Source of the DNA: Selaginella moellendorffii
Lineage: Eukaryota > Plantae > Lycopodiophyta
DNA: 64,000 bases
Assembly (NCBI RefSeq): GCF_000143415.4
Contig: NW_003314428.1
Span: forward strand, 79,011-143,010
Direction: 5' to 3'
Shown: positions 1 to 12,477 of the stretch, piece after piece
How positions within the stretch are numbered: position 1 is the first letter of the stretch
Layout: the number at the start of each line of letters is the position of its first letter
Program-made: the position numbers and the translations under genes
The notes under the pieces: model-generated
Told to the model about the DNA's origin: nothing
What the model saw: only the letters and a program-made list of their open reading frames with translations
Databases searched by the model: none

Positions 1-1712
1 CCGGCTTGTAGTACCACTTGTTTAAAAATCTTGAGAATGTCAGCAAAGCAGTCACTGCCATGTTGCCATGTTGCTTTCCAGTGAACAACTTGGAGGAGGA
101 AGAACCCCATAATGGTACAGCGTTGGTACTCAACTATGGCATCTGATTAATTGAGCGACCAGTCACGTTCATAATAGTGGCTCCAGTGACGATAACTCAA
201 GAGCACCACTGCTGTATTGGCAGTGCACTCCTTGTTGGGAAATTTCAAGCAATACTGGATATTTTGATCGGCTCCAAAACTGTAAAAAAAAAGTAATAAA
301 CACAAAATTTCAGGATTGAATCTCATCCAGGTCACTGCAAGAATATGGCAACCATAAATTCTCTGCCTTTCATTATAGACCTCAACGCTGAATCTCAGTA
401 GTTTCCAATCAAAAGAACCAAAATAAATAAATCCCAGCCTTTCTACCACTCCCAGGAATAAGAAGGGAGACCTGCAATAGGAAAAACAGGCTGTAAAACA
501 CACAAGCACCTCCAAAAGCTCATTCATTGGAAATAAGAACAACTATTTTTTTTCTAGAAGTTCGACATATTCTACTTTACCGTAAATTACCTGGACACAG
601 TGTCATGAGTTTAAGTTGATTAAACCTGCAATCCTTACTATTATATCCTGAGATTACTTCATTTTCAGATTTTCACATCTTCATTTTCCGATCCATCTTT
701 TTTCCTACACAAACATCAAGCATCAGTAAGTGATCCACATCAATGAGAAAGAAAAGTGCCACAAAGATATCAGAGTCAATAACAATAAAAAGAATAGTTG
801 TATTGATTATGAGCTATTAGCTTGAATGCCACAGCAGTTCACAAAAATAATCACAAGTCTGGATGTGTAGTTTACAGTGGCTTAAAAGGGAAGAGACCTC
901 TCTTACCTCACTCATTTGATCGAGAAAAACATGACTTGTCATCTTTCTCTCTGGAACATACACAAAGTGAGCAAATGAAAGAAGTTGAGAATGTAAAGGC
1001 ACACATACCTGGTGAGCTCGATGACACAGCAAAAATGTCCATGCCAACATCAATCCTAGAGGCCCCACCTTGATCAGGCTTCTCGCATTCTAGAATTGCT
1101 GCTGGATCATTGCCGCCATCTTCACTTGTACTGGGACTCAACTTGAAAGTATTGATGTTTGTCAAGATAAATGCTACTTCCTTCATGAATGACAAATATT
1201 GTTGGTGTTGTTTAGACTGAGAAGGACCGTCTCCATTATAAAGCCACACTAATAAAAAAGAGCATAAGTGAAAGCAATGGAAAACATGAGAGCAATACAG
1301 TAGTTTTATCATTGGCACCACCAAGGTTTCACTGCCACCAAGGCCAGCAAGACCAATTTCTGTCCAGCTGGTAGCCTAAAGAGATCACAGGAATTTGCAG
1401 CTTCTACCACATTCAGTTCATCATTTGGTTTTACTGTTCCTTTGAAAGATTGAATCAGCAAATCACCACAGCTGAGAACAATTTGAACCAGCTACATTCT
1501 GGCACATAAGGAAATTGGTATGCTATTCACATGGAATCATGTCAAGGAGTGAGCAACTGAAACTAAGCTTTTCACCAAGGCAAGAACAAATAAAAAATGA
1601 AATAAAATTACCAGTCCTCCCCCCTGGTCAAGCAGATAAATGCTAATTGCTGACCCACTGCATTGGCCAGTGCTGGGTGCTTCCTAGCCTGAGTGGCATG
1701 ACACAAAATCAG

Positions 1713-2845
1713 TGTCGCGAATGTGACTTCGGGTATCGAAAGTTACCTGTCAACCAGTCCTTACGGACACTCTTACCTTACTGCCACGATGGCAGGAGGT
1801 CGGTATTGCTGGTTCCCTTTATTAGCCCCTCTTGTTCAAGTGTTAGTAAACTGGACTTTGCATCTGTACTTGGCCGGATGAGCATAAGGAAGGAATTCTT
1901 AAGTGTCTATTTAGCTGAGCATACTTGGCCTGGCTTGTTAGTTCTCTTTTGCTCTGTCTTGCACTGGCTTGACAAGAACCCTCGCGTATTGAGATTGGTC
2001 CCTCAATATTGCTACATGATAGCTTACAGTGTCTNNNNNNNNNNNNNNNNNNNNNNNNNNNNNNNNNNNNNNNNNNNNNNNNNNNNNNNNNNNNNNNNNN
2101 NNNNNNNNNNNNNNNNNNNNNNNNNNNNNNNNNNNNNNNNNNNNNNNNNNNNNNNNNNNNNNNNNNNNNNNNNNNNNNNNNNNNNNNNNATCTAAAGACA
2201 TTCCATATTTAGTAAGTTTCGAGCTTGTCCCAGAGACTAACTCCTGATACTAAGGGAGGCTTGGGGTGAAAGCCCAAAGCGTGTGTTCCTCAAGGGGGGG
2301 GGGGGGGGGGGGGGATTGTGGGGGGTTCCAAATGTATAGTAGGGATAGTGGGTAGCTCGGGCATGGCCGACCAACCTGAGGCATAGTTTAGCTCCCGCTT
2401 GTGTGCCTGTCCTTGTTCTGCGTCCGGCTTGGGTCTAAGCCCAAGTTCCATTCCATGCTAGTTGGTGGAGTACCCATATCCTTACGTTAGGCCACCGGTA
2501 TGCCGAAATAGCGCCAGACTCCGTTTGGCTCCGTTTTGCATGCTGGTCCTGGCATTGGGATGCAGGTTGCTCTAGGACTGTTCCAAGTCACTCCGGGCTC
2601 CTGTCCCTTCGCTCCTTGGGCTTTATGCTCGGGAGTTGCTCCGTGGTTCGGTTCCATCACTCTTTGGCTTCACGCTTGGGAGTTTGGCACCGTTCCTTCG
2701 TTCAGTGGCCTAAGGCCCTGAACCTCGGGTTCTTATGGACACGTGGCATGTGACACGTGGCACAAAGAGGGTTTAGGTTCTGCTTCGTGGTGTTATCCTA
2801 TGGTAAATCACCATAGGATAAAAGGTCAAAACCACGTGCGCTACA
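1713..2845 (+). repeat. 5' LTR of family A element (contains assembly gap)
   Basis: Starts TGTCGCGAATGTGAC, ends GTGCGCTACA, near-identical to 8533-9671. Confidence 0.92.
2035..2189. other. Assembly gap (155 N)
   Basis: Run of N. The matching segment of the 3' LTR (~8855-9008) is about the same length. Confidence 0.99.
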
Positions 2846-5800
2846 TTTGGTATTAGAGAATGAGTCTCAGCGAGAGCTATTCAATGAGATTGGGCAACTA
2901 GTCTCGTTGCATACGCAGAGATGAAAACGATGATCCGAGTGGGTATACGTTTGGTGCAAAGGGTTCACATTCGTTCCTTGGGTATGGTTTTGGTTACCTT
3001 TTGTACCTAATAATGTGAGCTTGCTCTTGGGCTCATAGGATGGATTTGAGTTGTTCCATTCGCACGAGTTTGAGCTTGGGCTCGTGAGTAAGGCGCATTA
3101 GCAACTTGATGTTACACTTTGAGTTGGCAGGATTAATGTTAGCCTATCGGTGGTTCTGTAGTAGCTTGTACCATGGGTAAAAGCAAACCTTCCTAGAGTT
3201 TGCTATGAGTGGCAAATAGGCTAGTCCGTAGCTGTTTAGCATGGCACTAGTGGATCCTTCCTAGGCATGATTACAAGTGAATCAATCAAGACTGTAGGGA
3301 TTAGTCTATTGGTTCAAGTAGTCATTGCTGTGACTCATTGCTCATGTTCATATTATACAATCAAGATTCTCTACCTTGATGCATCTTGGAGATGATGGTC
3401 TTACAAATGGTGAGTTATAGGATGGATAGTGGTGAAACACTATACCATTTTGTCTAGGCTTGCTATTGGAAGACTTGGGTTGCAATGTTCAATTCTTTTC
3501 CGGAGAACCTTGCTATTGCTCCTTGAGTAGCTTGGTGTTGGATTAGTTTTGAGTTTGGTCGGGAAGAGAGTGGCATGAGTTTGTCCGTGTTGTGAACAAA
3601 AGTTAGTGGTGTTGGGTGTTATAAATCTCTATCAGTGGAGTGTAGCATTTATGTTGCATTTTGTCGAATTGAGTTGGCACTTGATGCTCACATAAACCTT
3701 TGAAGTGATGACATGGGAGTTACTCGTGGTGTTACTCAATTGATGATCAAGTCATTGTGATTTTATATCATATCCATGTGATAATGAGCAATGTGTTTAC
3801 GAAGTTGCTTGGTTAACGATGATCAACCCCAAAGTGGTTGATGGAGAAGCTAGTCTACTTGCACATAATAGCATTGTAGTAGCTTTGACTGGATTCTCAA
3901 TGGTGGTTCATTATGCTAAGCTTAAGTTGGTTCCTTGTTCCTTGTTTCCTTGAGGGTTTGCCCATAAGGTGTTGGAAAGGGTTGTAGCATTTGCTATAGC
4001 TCATTAGTTGATTTGTTAACACTTGGAGTAGATTGTTGGATAGAGGTGTGAAGTTGAGGCATTGACATTACTAACACTTGTGTTAGTGGAAGTGGCATTG
4101 TTATTTTAAGTGATGAGGAAGTTTCCTTAGAGCTTGATTTTTTCCATGTCATTTTTCTTGTTAGTGTTTTAGCTTCACATTGGATCTTGAAGGTGGTTGA
4201 AGAAGAGTGTTAGTGCAAATGTGGATATCCGAAGATGTGGTCTTTGTGATCAAGTCTTGGATGTTCCATGTGCATTTCACGGATGTCGGTGTTGGATGTC
4301 GGAGATATGGGCAAAAAGATGTTCAAGGCTTAAGCATACTATGGGTCATGAGAATCGGTGTTGAAGTGAACCTATGTGAAGTTGTTAGTAGGAAGAAGTT
4401 GGTTGAGTTTTGAAAGTTTGTATTCCTAGACTAAGAGTCATTCTTTCTCTAGGATGGAAAATTTTCCACAAATTTTCTTAGACTTTTCCAATGGCTGATC
4501 TGTTATCACTTTACTCGAAAACCATTCCATTTTCGTAAGCCATTACAAACTAGTGAAGGGGTTGGAGTTGACTTAGGTTAACTTAAACCTTAGTAGGTAT
4601 GCGACCCGAAAGGGATGCTGACTTTTGGGGCTAAGGCAATTGAGTTGGATAGAGTCTGGAGTTGGTGTAGAAAAGTGGCCGTTGCACTTTTCTAAGAAGG
4701 GTGACCCTTGTACCTTTCTTCTGTGTTATGCTTGGTGGCAGGTTGCACCCTGCATTTCGTTAGACTCTATGAGAGTAGTGAGCTCTCACTCATCTTGACT
4801 TAGTCTTGGTGTCCCTGCGCCTTGGCTGAGGATGGTGATATCCAATTTAGTTGTTTGAGTTTGAGATGTTGGTACCCATACTATAGCTTTGTTTATTAGG
4901 AGGTTGTGTACCGATATGAGTCCATCTCGTGGTCTTCACTTTAGTTTCAACTAAGTGTTGATCATGCATAGCTAGCCTCTTCAAGGCATGCTCAGAGCTA
5001 TTGGCTAAATGTGTTGGTGAGCTTATTGCAGTTGAGTTGGATTCGAGTGGTCATTTAGTTCGTGCTTGTCCATGAACCTTTATCTTGTACTGAGATATTA
5101 TGTTCATGTTGGACAAGTATATGACTCAATGGCAAGAGTTTAGTGTTTGGGTCTTGTGAAGGCAAGTTGAAGAGTGATTGTTTGTTGCTTTGCAACTAGT
5201 GATTGCTTGTAGACTTCGTCAAAGGATTGTTGACACTTGCTTCACTCGATGAAGATTTATCAGTGATGGGCTTGCTTTACTAGATGGTGTTGCGGAGGAT
5301 CGTGTCGTTAGACTTACATGGGTTTTCCATGTTGGCATATCAACTCTACCTTTGTCAAAATCATTTAGTTGCATTTAGTTCGTAGTGTTGGATTTCATGG
5401 AGTCTTGGATGTGGTGATTCACTCCTTGATGAAGTGTTATCTATAACTGAGTATTGTTGGAGATTTGGTTTCAGATACTGACTAAAGTATCTTTCACTTT
5501 GGTTAGCTTGGTTGCTAGAAAGTTTCGAGTGGTGATACACTTATGCTTTCTTCTAGCTTTGTTCTAGCGTTGATGGCATTGAAGTGATGCCTTGTCATTG
5601 ACATTGTTGATATTGAGATTTCAGTGAAATGAGATATGTCTTTGCAAGATTGATGTCGAGTTTCATTAGTTTTGATAAAGATAGTGTTGATGATTTGGCT
5701 ATGGCTTGTGTTATTGGCATTGGTGTATTTGCTAGTTAGCAACTATGTTAGCATTCAAACAAGCTAAGTGGCAAGTTTGAGTTAGTGGTGTTCTAAACGA

Positions 5801-6534
5801 GATTGTTTAGTAGAGGTTGAGCTTTGACTTTTCCTTGAAAAGTGATTTCAGTCATGGACTATGCTAACTTTACAAGAGGAAAGAGTTAGTGATTGAATCC
5901 TTGCTGGATTTTAGTTGGGATATATCAATCATTGATGATTCTTCTTATGCTTGTTATGAAGTGGGTTACGTCTTGCTAAAGATGGATTCATAGAGGATCG
6001 TTTGGTGATCACTTGTCGAGCATAGTCTCATTATGTTTAGCTTTTGGATTGATGCAAACATGCTCTTCATTAGCTTTGCATTATGAAGTTTAGCTTATGG
6101 ATGTGTTGAGAAGGATATTGTGGGTTGTATCATAATTTCTTCTTTAGCATTGAAGTTAGTTCATGCAAGACTCGTGATCATTGTTAGGCAAAAACTTAGC
6201 TATAAACTTCTTCGAGCTTTTGGTTCCTTGCGTTATCATGGTTGTGGTCCATTTGTTTGAAGTTGTTGGGGAAGGCATTTTTGACTCTTTAGCTTCAATG
6301 TTGAAGTTAGTATTTGCATCTGGCAATCATTGGTGATGATTGATTATCATCTGGGATAGTTGATTATCTTTGTCAAAAAGGTTTTGCTTGATTATTGTTG
6401 GTATAGACTGAGTTACTATTCTTCGGGATGGTAGATTCTTTCTTCAATGATGATTATGCATCTCTTTATTGATGGGATGATTCATAATCTTTCATGATAG
6501 TCAGTTATCTCTTTGATGGCTTTTGGCTTTTCGC

Positions 6535-7403
6535 TAAACATATATGTACATTACCCCAATCCCAAAGGGATCAAAACAACATTGAGAGCGCACTCTCGAA
6601 GAAACTAGTGAAACTATGAGCACGAACGCCCGGCGCTGCTCTTGGGCCGTCCGCCTCCCAGGTGACTCCACCGCGGAGCTTGAAGCCACCTGCTTCGCCT
6701 TGCCACTCCTCCACTCGGTCACAATGATGTCAGGCCAGACGAACACCATGTCGATCTAGCTCGACGTCGTCGCAGCCAAGCGGTCCAACTCAAGCACGAT
6801 GACCCGGCATCGCTCATGGGTCACTCGCCTCCAAGGTGGCTCCACTGCACAAGCTGAAGCCACCTGTTACGCCCCAAGACGTGATGCTGTGTCTTGGAGC
6901 GCCTACCTCCTCAGTGTACTTCCAGCACTAAGTCGGTGCCCATTGCGAACAAACTCCAAGGCGTAGAACAAGCGAGGTGTGAGCCTCCTCCAGCTCTAGA
7001 CTAGAGCGTGCTACCTTGCCTCCCACACTAGACAAGTGCGCTGGCCCCCTTCAATGATATACGAGCCCCCGTTGCCGGCATCGCGACAATCACAAGACTT
7101 GCAAGCCTCCGCGAACCTCCTCAAAGGACTAGCCCTGAAGCAAGAACCATGTGGGATCCCCTCCGCGAGCAAACCAACTCGGCCATCCGCCACTGGCCCC
7201 CTTTGTGACAGCACTCCCCTGTCACTAGATCCAAAAATGCGCCCATAGTGTCCTCCACGTCCATCCACTGCGGACACTTCGCTATGTCGGGATGTCGTCC
7301 CGAACTGTCCTCCACCAGTCAACAAAATTCCCATGACTTGGTCGTGTTTCCACGACTCAAGTCGCCAAGAACCTCCGACACATGCAGCTTCACGCTCTCC
7401 GTA
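6535..7403. mobile_element. GC-rich insertion flanked by a 17-bp direct repeat inside the family A internal region
   Basis: GGCTTTTGGCTTTTCGC at 6518-6534 and 7404-7420. Abrupt composition change from the T/G-rich flanks. Internal ~70-bp duplication (~6631-6699 vs ~6805-6873). Confidence 0.55.
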
Positions 7404-8532
7404 GGCTTTTGGCTTTTCGCAATACCACATGTTCTTTGTGGTTTGCTCTGGATTAGTCTCTTGGGTTTGAGACATCAGTAGGATGTGGCTGACACTTGCT
7501 TAGGCAACTTGAGTTCCTTAGTATTGTTGGCTGGGATCTATTTAGATTGGCTTTTGTGATAGTTGGCAGGAATGAGTGTTTGTTGGTCTTACCGCATTCA
7601 TTCTCTTCTGTTGATTGTTGCTTGAGTTTGTTCTGATAGATTGGAATGTTATTTCCTCCGGGTGATACATTCGAGAGTATTTTGCTTGCTTGTCAATGAT
7701 ACTTGGTGTTCTTTGAGTTCCCTTTTCTAAGTTGTTTGGCATTCTATCTGCAATCTTTAATAGTTAAGTTTGGTCAATGAGTTTTCTTGATGATACACTT
7801 ATTATTGAATTTTTTTGGATGGTCATTTTTGTGTTTGCCAAATTATGATGATCTTGGTGGTTCCTATCTACTATAATACTGGTTTATCGGATGATAACTT
7901 ACTTGGAATACTTTTGTGTTCTAATCTAAGATTTATTCACTAATAATTAAGACTCTAAGATATCATTGTCTATGACTTTGATATTGTCCATCTATTGATC
8001 TTTGAGTTTGGGCCAGTATAGGCAGACTGACTTCGGCACTTCGTGTGCATGGTGAAATCTCTAGTCATGGGGTAGCTACTATTGACTGGTCACATCACCC
8101 GCCTCTTTGTTAATGTTCCTTATTCCATTTAAAGGGCGTGACCGTGTAAACAACTCTAACTGCCTGGTTACAGTAGTCTATCTAAACCTTACCGACGGGT
8201 TTGGTTTCTTTGCTCAGGAGGGTTGGGGCCTCTGGCTTCTCTCTCTATGTCCTTGTGGGCAGGGGCGTATCAAACTTTTGTAAGCTGGGTGACTCCCAGT
8301 GCAGCAAGGGTGGCTGACTCCATTGGTCATTTCCTTGTCGGCGACGGCCGGAAGGTGTCTGAGCTGGTAGCGCATCCGCGTTAGACAAAGAGGTTACCCC
8401 TAACTCATTTAAGTTGGTGCATTTCTCACATAGTGTGAATACCGTGAACTTTTTCTGGAGTTGTTTCCTTGGCGGTATTCTAGACTCGAGTGTGCATCGA
8501 TGAGGACGTCAATCTTCCCTAGGGGGGGAGAG

Positions 8533-9671
8533 TGTCACGAATGTGACTTCGGGTATCGAAAGTTACCTGTCGACCAGTCCTTATGGACACTCTTACTTTA
8601 TTGCCACGATGGCAGGAGGTCGGTATTGCTGGTTCCCTTTATTAGCCCCTCTTGTTCAAGTGTTAGTAAACTGGACTTTGCATCTATACTTGGCCGGATG
8701 AGCATAAGGAAGGAATTCCTAAGTGTCTATTTAGCTGAGCATACTTGGCCTGGCTTGTTAGTTCTCTTTTACTCTGTTTTGCACTGGTTTGACAAGAACC
8801 CTCGCGTATTGAGATTGGTCCCTCAATATCGCTGGATGATAGCTTACCGTGTCTGCCAAACACCCTTGCTATCATGCCCTTTGTGTTAGTCTCATTTCGG
8901 TCCCAAATGTTATTTATGGAAAGTGTCCAAATTTGCTCATTTGGCATATCTACAGAATGTAGAGATCGTCCTGAACACAATGGTGTTCATCCCGTGTCCA
9001 AATTTGCAATCTAGGGACATTCCATATTTAGTAAGTTTCGAGCTTGTCCTAGAGACTAACTCTTGATACTAAGGGAGGCTTGGGGTGAAAGCCCAAAGCA
9101 TGTGTTCCTCAAGGGGGGGGGGGGGGGTTGTGGGGGGTTCCAAATGTATAGTAGGGATAGTGGGTAGGTCGGGCATGGCCGACCAACCTGAGGCATAGTC
9201 TAGCTCCCGCTTGCATGCCTGTCCTTGTTCTGCGTCCGGCTTGGGTCTAAGCCCAAGTTCCATTCCATGCTAGTTGGTGGAGTACCCATATCCTCACGTT
9301 AGGCCACCGGTATGCCGAAATAGCGCCAGACTCCGTTTGGCTCCGTTTTGCGTGCTGGTCCTGGCATTGGGATGCTGGTTGCTCCAGGACTGTTCCAAGT
9401 CACTCCGGGCTCCTGTCCCTTCGCTCCTTGGGCTTTATGCTCGGGAGTTGCTTCGTGGTTCAGTTCCATCACTCTTTGGCTTCACGCTTGGGAGTTTGGC
9501 ACCGTTCCTTTGTTCAGTGGCCCAAGGCCCTGAACCTCGGGTTCTTATGGACACGTGGCATGTGACATGTGGCATCTGTCACGTGGCACAAAGAGGGTTT
9601 AGGTTCTGCTTCATGGTGTTATCCTATCGTAAATCACCATAGGATAAAAGGTCAAAACCATGTGCGCTACA
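8533..9671 (+). repeat. 3' LTR of family A element
   Basis: Follows the PPT; TGTCACGAATG...GTGCGCTACA. Confidence 0.92.
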
Positions 9672-10553
9672 ATTAGATCACCCGAAAGAACACAAAACTC
9701 GAGGAGTTACCTACTAATTTCTAGAGCTTTCTCATGGAACCCAAGGAGAGCCTCTTCCCACAATAGTCCACTTTCTTTTTTATTTGAACGACCAAGGAAA
9801 CAAACAGCCTGTTAGACACACTTGAGGAGAGTTACTTACCTCCTAAGCCACCTAGCTCTTTTCAATGTTGGCATATGCAACTCACTATCCTTGGCAAATA
9901 AAAGGTGCTCTGGTATATGTGAGATACAAATCCCTAAGCCCCAAAGTGGAGCTGAATGAGTGCCACATGGTAATGGCTGAAGTGGAAGCCAAAAGAGTGT
10001 AACACATTTGGAATAAAAGCTCCAACTTGAAAAGTCAAGAGCGGCTCTCAACAAAGTGCTCAAGGAATGAACACAAAGCAAGCAATGAGTGAGTCTTGTG
10101 AGTGAAAAAGGACACAAGAGGACTAGACTAACACATGACATGTGGAAGTGTCGAGATGGACCCGAGATGGACTTGAGATGGAGTCCAAGATGGACCCAAT
10201 ATGGAGTTTGAAATGGAGTCTTAGATGGACCCAAGATGGAGTTCGAGATGATGGACCCAAGATGGAGTTCGAGATGATGGACCCAAGATGGAGTCTAAGA
10301 TGGACCCGAAATGGAGTCCAAGATGGAGTTTGAGATGGAATTCGAGATGACCCGAGATGGAGTTTGAGATGGAGTCTAAGATGGACCCGAGATGGAACCA
10401 AGACTGAGATTGAGATTGAGACCGAGAGTCCGAGTCCTAGGCTGAGCCTAAGTCCCAGTCTGAATACTAATACAGGCTGTTAGGTGAAATCCCAAAGCGA
10501 TCATCCCCCAGGGGGAGCTGCAAGGGGTTCCAAAAGTATAGTAGGGAGAGTGT

Positions 10554-12477
10554 TGTAAGCGACTAATTTTTCCATTCTACTTTAGTCACTTAACCACACC
10601 TCTGACCACTTGGAGGAGTCTCATTCACAACCTCCATAAGTCCAATCCAGGACTTGGGACTTGCTAGCCCCGAGAATGGCATCCATGCCACTCAACATTT
10701 GCACTTGGTCCAAGTGCACCACGTGTCTGATCCCATGACCGACACTCAAAGGTACCACCGACATAGCAGCCCGTTACGCTAAGGCCATGCCCAATCACCT
10801 TTGCCACACTGGTAGTCCAATACCACTTGCATCACCGTCTTGGCTCTCCAAGACTAGGCAAACCATCCGTGAGTGGTCATCTCAGATCCACTCCTTAGCA
10901 TCCTTAGGATGCCCACCGACAAGGGGAATAGCCTTCCCCAATATCCCTCTGTCAGTCCCCACTAAGTCCCTTTCTGCCCCTGGCCGTGTTTGCCAACACT
11001 GCCACTGGATCGAGACCCACAGGCCCGACCACTAAGTCCCACGGTCCTCTGGGACTTCCTCACCACACGACTGTGTCCTTGGTCACTACCCCAGAGGACT
11101 GCTCCTCTTCCTTTCCACAGTCTGGGCCTTTGGGACAACATTTCGGAACACCGTGGCCTTACGCGAGCCACCTGGGTACTCTCCTCGCCTTCTGCCCTTG
11201 GGTGCTCTAGCCATGGGCTTAGAGCGGGTTCCGTTGAGCCACACCAGGTATCCAAGTAGGTAGTGCCACCCACACTTGGACTGGGAGCATCGGCCAGTCG
11301 ATCTCCCGGGGGAACTAGAGCCGGCTCTTGAACACTTCACCAAGCTACCCCGCTTGTCGGTCTGTGTTCACTCTAGTCTTGGACTTCCCAGTGGGCAGCT
11401 CATCACCCAACACTGGGTCCGGCCTTCCTGGGCCAAACTGGCCTTTCCTGGCCAAACTGGCTCCACTACAGTCCTCCCCCTACTATACTTTTGGAGCTCA
11501 CCAAACCCCCCAGGGTCTGGGAGACGAACGCTTTGGGCTTTCACCCTCTCAGGCTCCGGACTCGGACTCGGACTCGGACTCGGACTCGGACTCGGATTCG
11601 GACTCGGACTCGGGCTCGGGCTCGGTCTCGGCCTCGGCCTCGGTCTCGGTCTCGGTCCCGATCTCGGTCTCGGTCTCGGTCTCGGTCCCGGTCTCGGTCT
11701 CGACTTCGGACTCCATCTCGGACTCCATCTCGGACTCCATCTCGGGTCCATCTCGGGTCCATCTCGGACTCCATCTCGGACTCCATCTCGGGTCCATCTC
11801 GGACTCCATCTCAGACTCCATTTCGGATCCATCTCGGGTCCACCTTGGACTCCATCTCGGACTCCATCTCGGACTCCATCTCGGGTCCATCTCGGACTCC
11901 ACTTCGGACTCCAACTCGGGTCCATCTCGGGTCCACCTCGGACTCCACTTCGGACTCCATCTCGGACTCCATTTCGGATCCATCTCGGGTCCACCTCGGA
12001 CTCCATCTCGGACTCCATCTCGGACTCCATCTCGGGTCCATCTCGGACTCCACTTCGGACTCCAACTCGGGTCCATCTCGGGTCCACCTCGGACTCCACT
12101 TCGGACTCCATCTCGGACTCCATCTCGGGTCCGTCTCGGACTCCACTTCGGACTCCAACTCGGGTCCATCTCGGACTCCACTTCGGACTCCAACTCGGGT
12201 CCATCTCGGACTCCACTTCGGACTCCAACTCGGGTCCATCTCGGACACTCCCACGTGTCATGTGTTGGTCCTTTTGGGTCCCTTTTTGGAGCCTCGCCTT
12301 TTGCTCGCTTCGTGCTCGTTCCTCGAGCACTTCGTTGGGAGTTCCACTCCCGCTTTTGACTTTTCAAGTCGGAGCTTTTGGTCCAAACGTGTTACGCTCG
12401 TTTGGCTCTCGCTTCGGCCACTACCATGTGGCGCCCTTCCGGCTCCACTTTGGGGCCTCGGGATTTTGTGTCTCACA
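10554..12477 (-). mobile_element. Family B solo LTR inserted in opposite orientation into the 5' LTR of family B copy 1
   Basis: TGTAAGCGAC...GTCTCACA with perfect TSD AGTGT (10549-10553, 12478-12482). Matches LTRs at 55571-57257 and 62504-64000. Confidence 0.92.
11558..12247. repeat. 6-/12-bp minisatellite inside family B LTR: (GGACTC)n, (GGTCTC)n, (GGACTCCATCTC/GGGTCCATCTC)n
   Basis: Directly visible. Related arrays at ~10150-10440, ~32160-32355, ~56615-57055 and ~63522-63818 differ in length. Confidence 0.95.

Larger units (their letters stand above)
1713..9671 (+). mobile_element. Non-autonomous (LARD-like) LTR retroelement, family A, structurally complete
   Basis: Two ~1.14-kb direct TG..CA repeats (1713-2845, 8533-9671). 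PBS TGGTATTAGAG at ~2848 (tRNA-Met type). PPT AGGGGGGGAGAG at 8521-8532. 5-bp TSD ATCAG (1708-1712) / ATTAG (9672-9676), one C->T mismatch. No recognisable gag/pol ORF inside. Confidence 0.9.

Noticed and set aside
1647-2247. ORFs containing X runs
   Set aside because: Artefacts of the N gap within an LTR.
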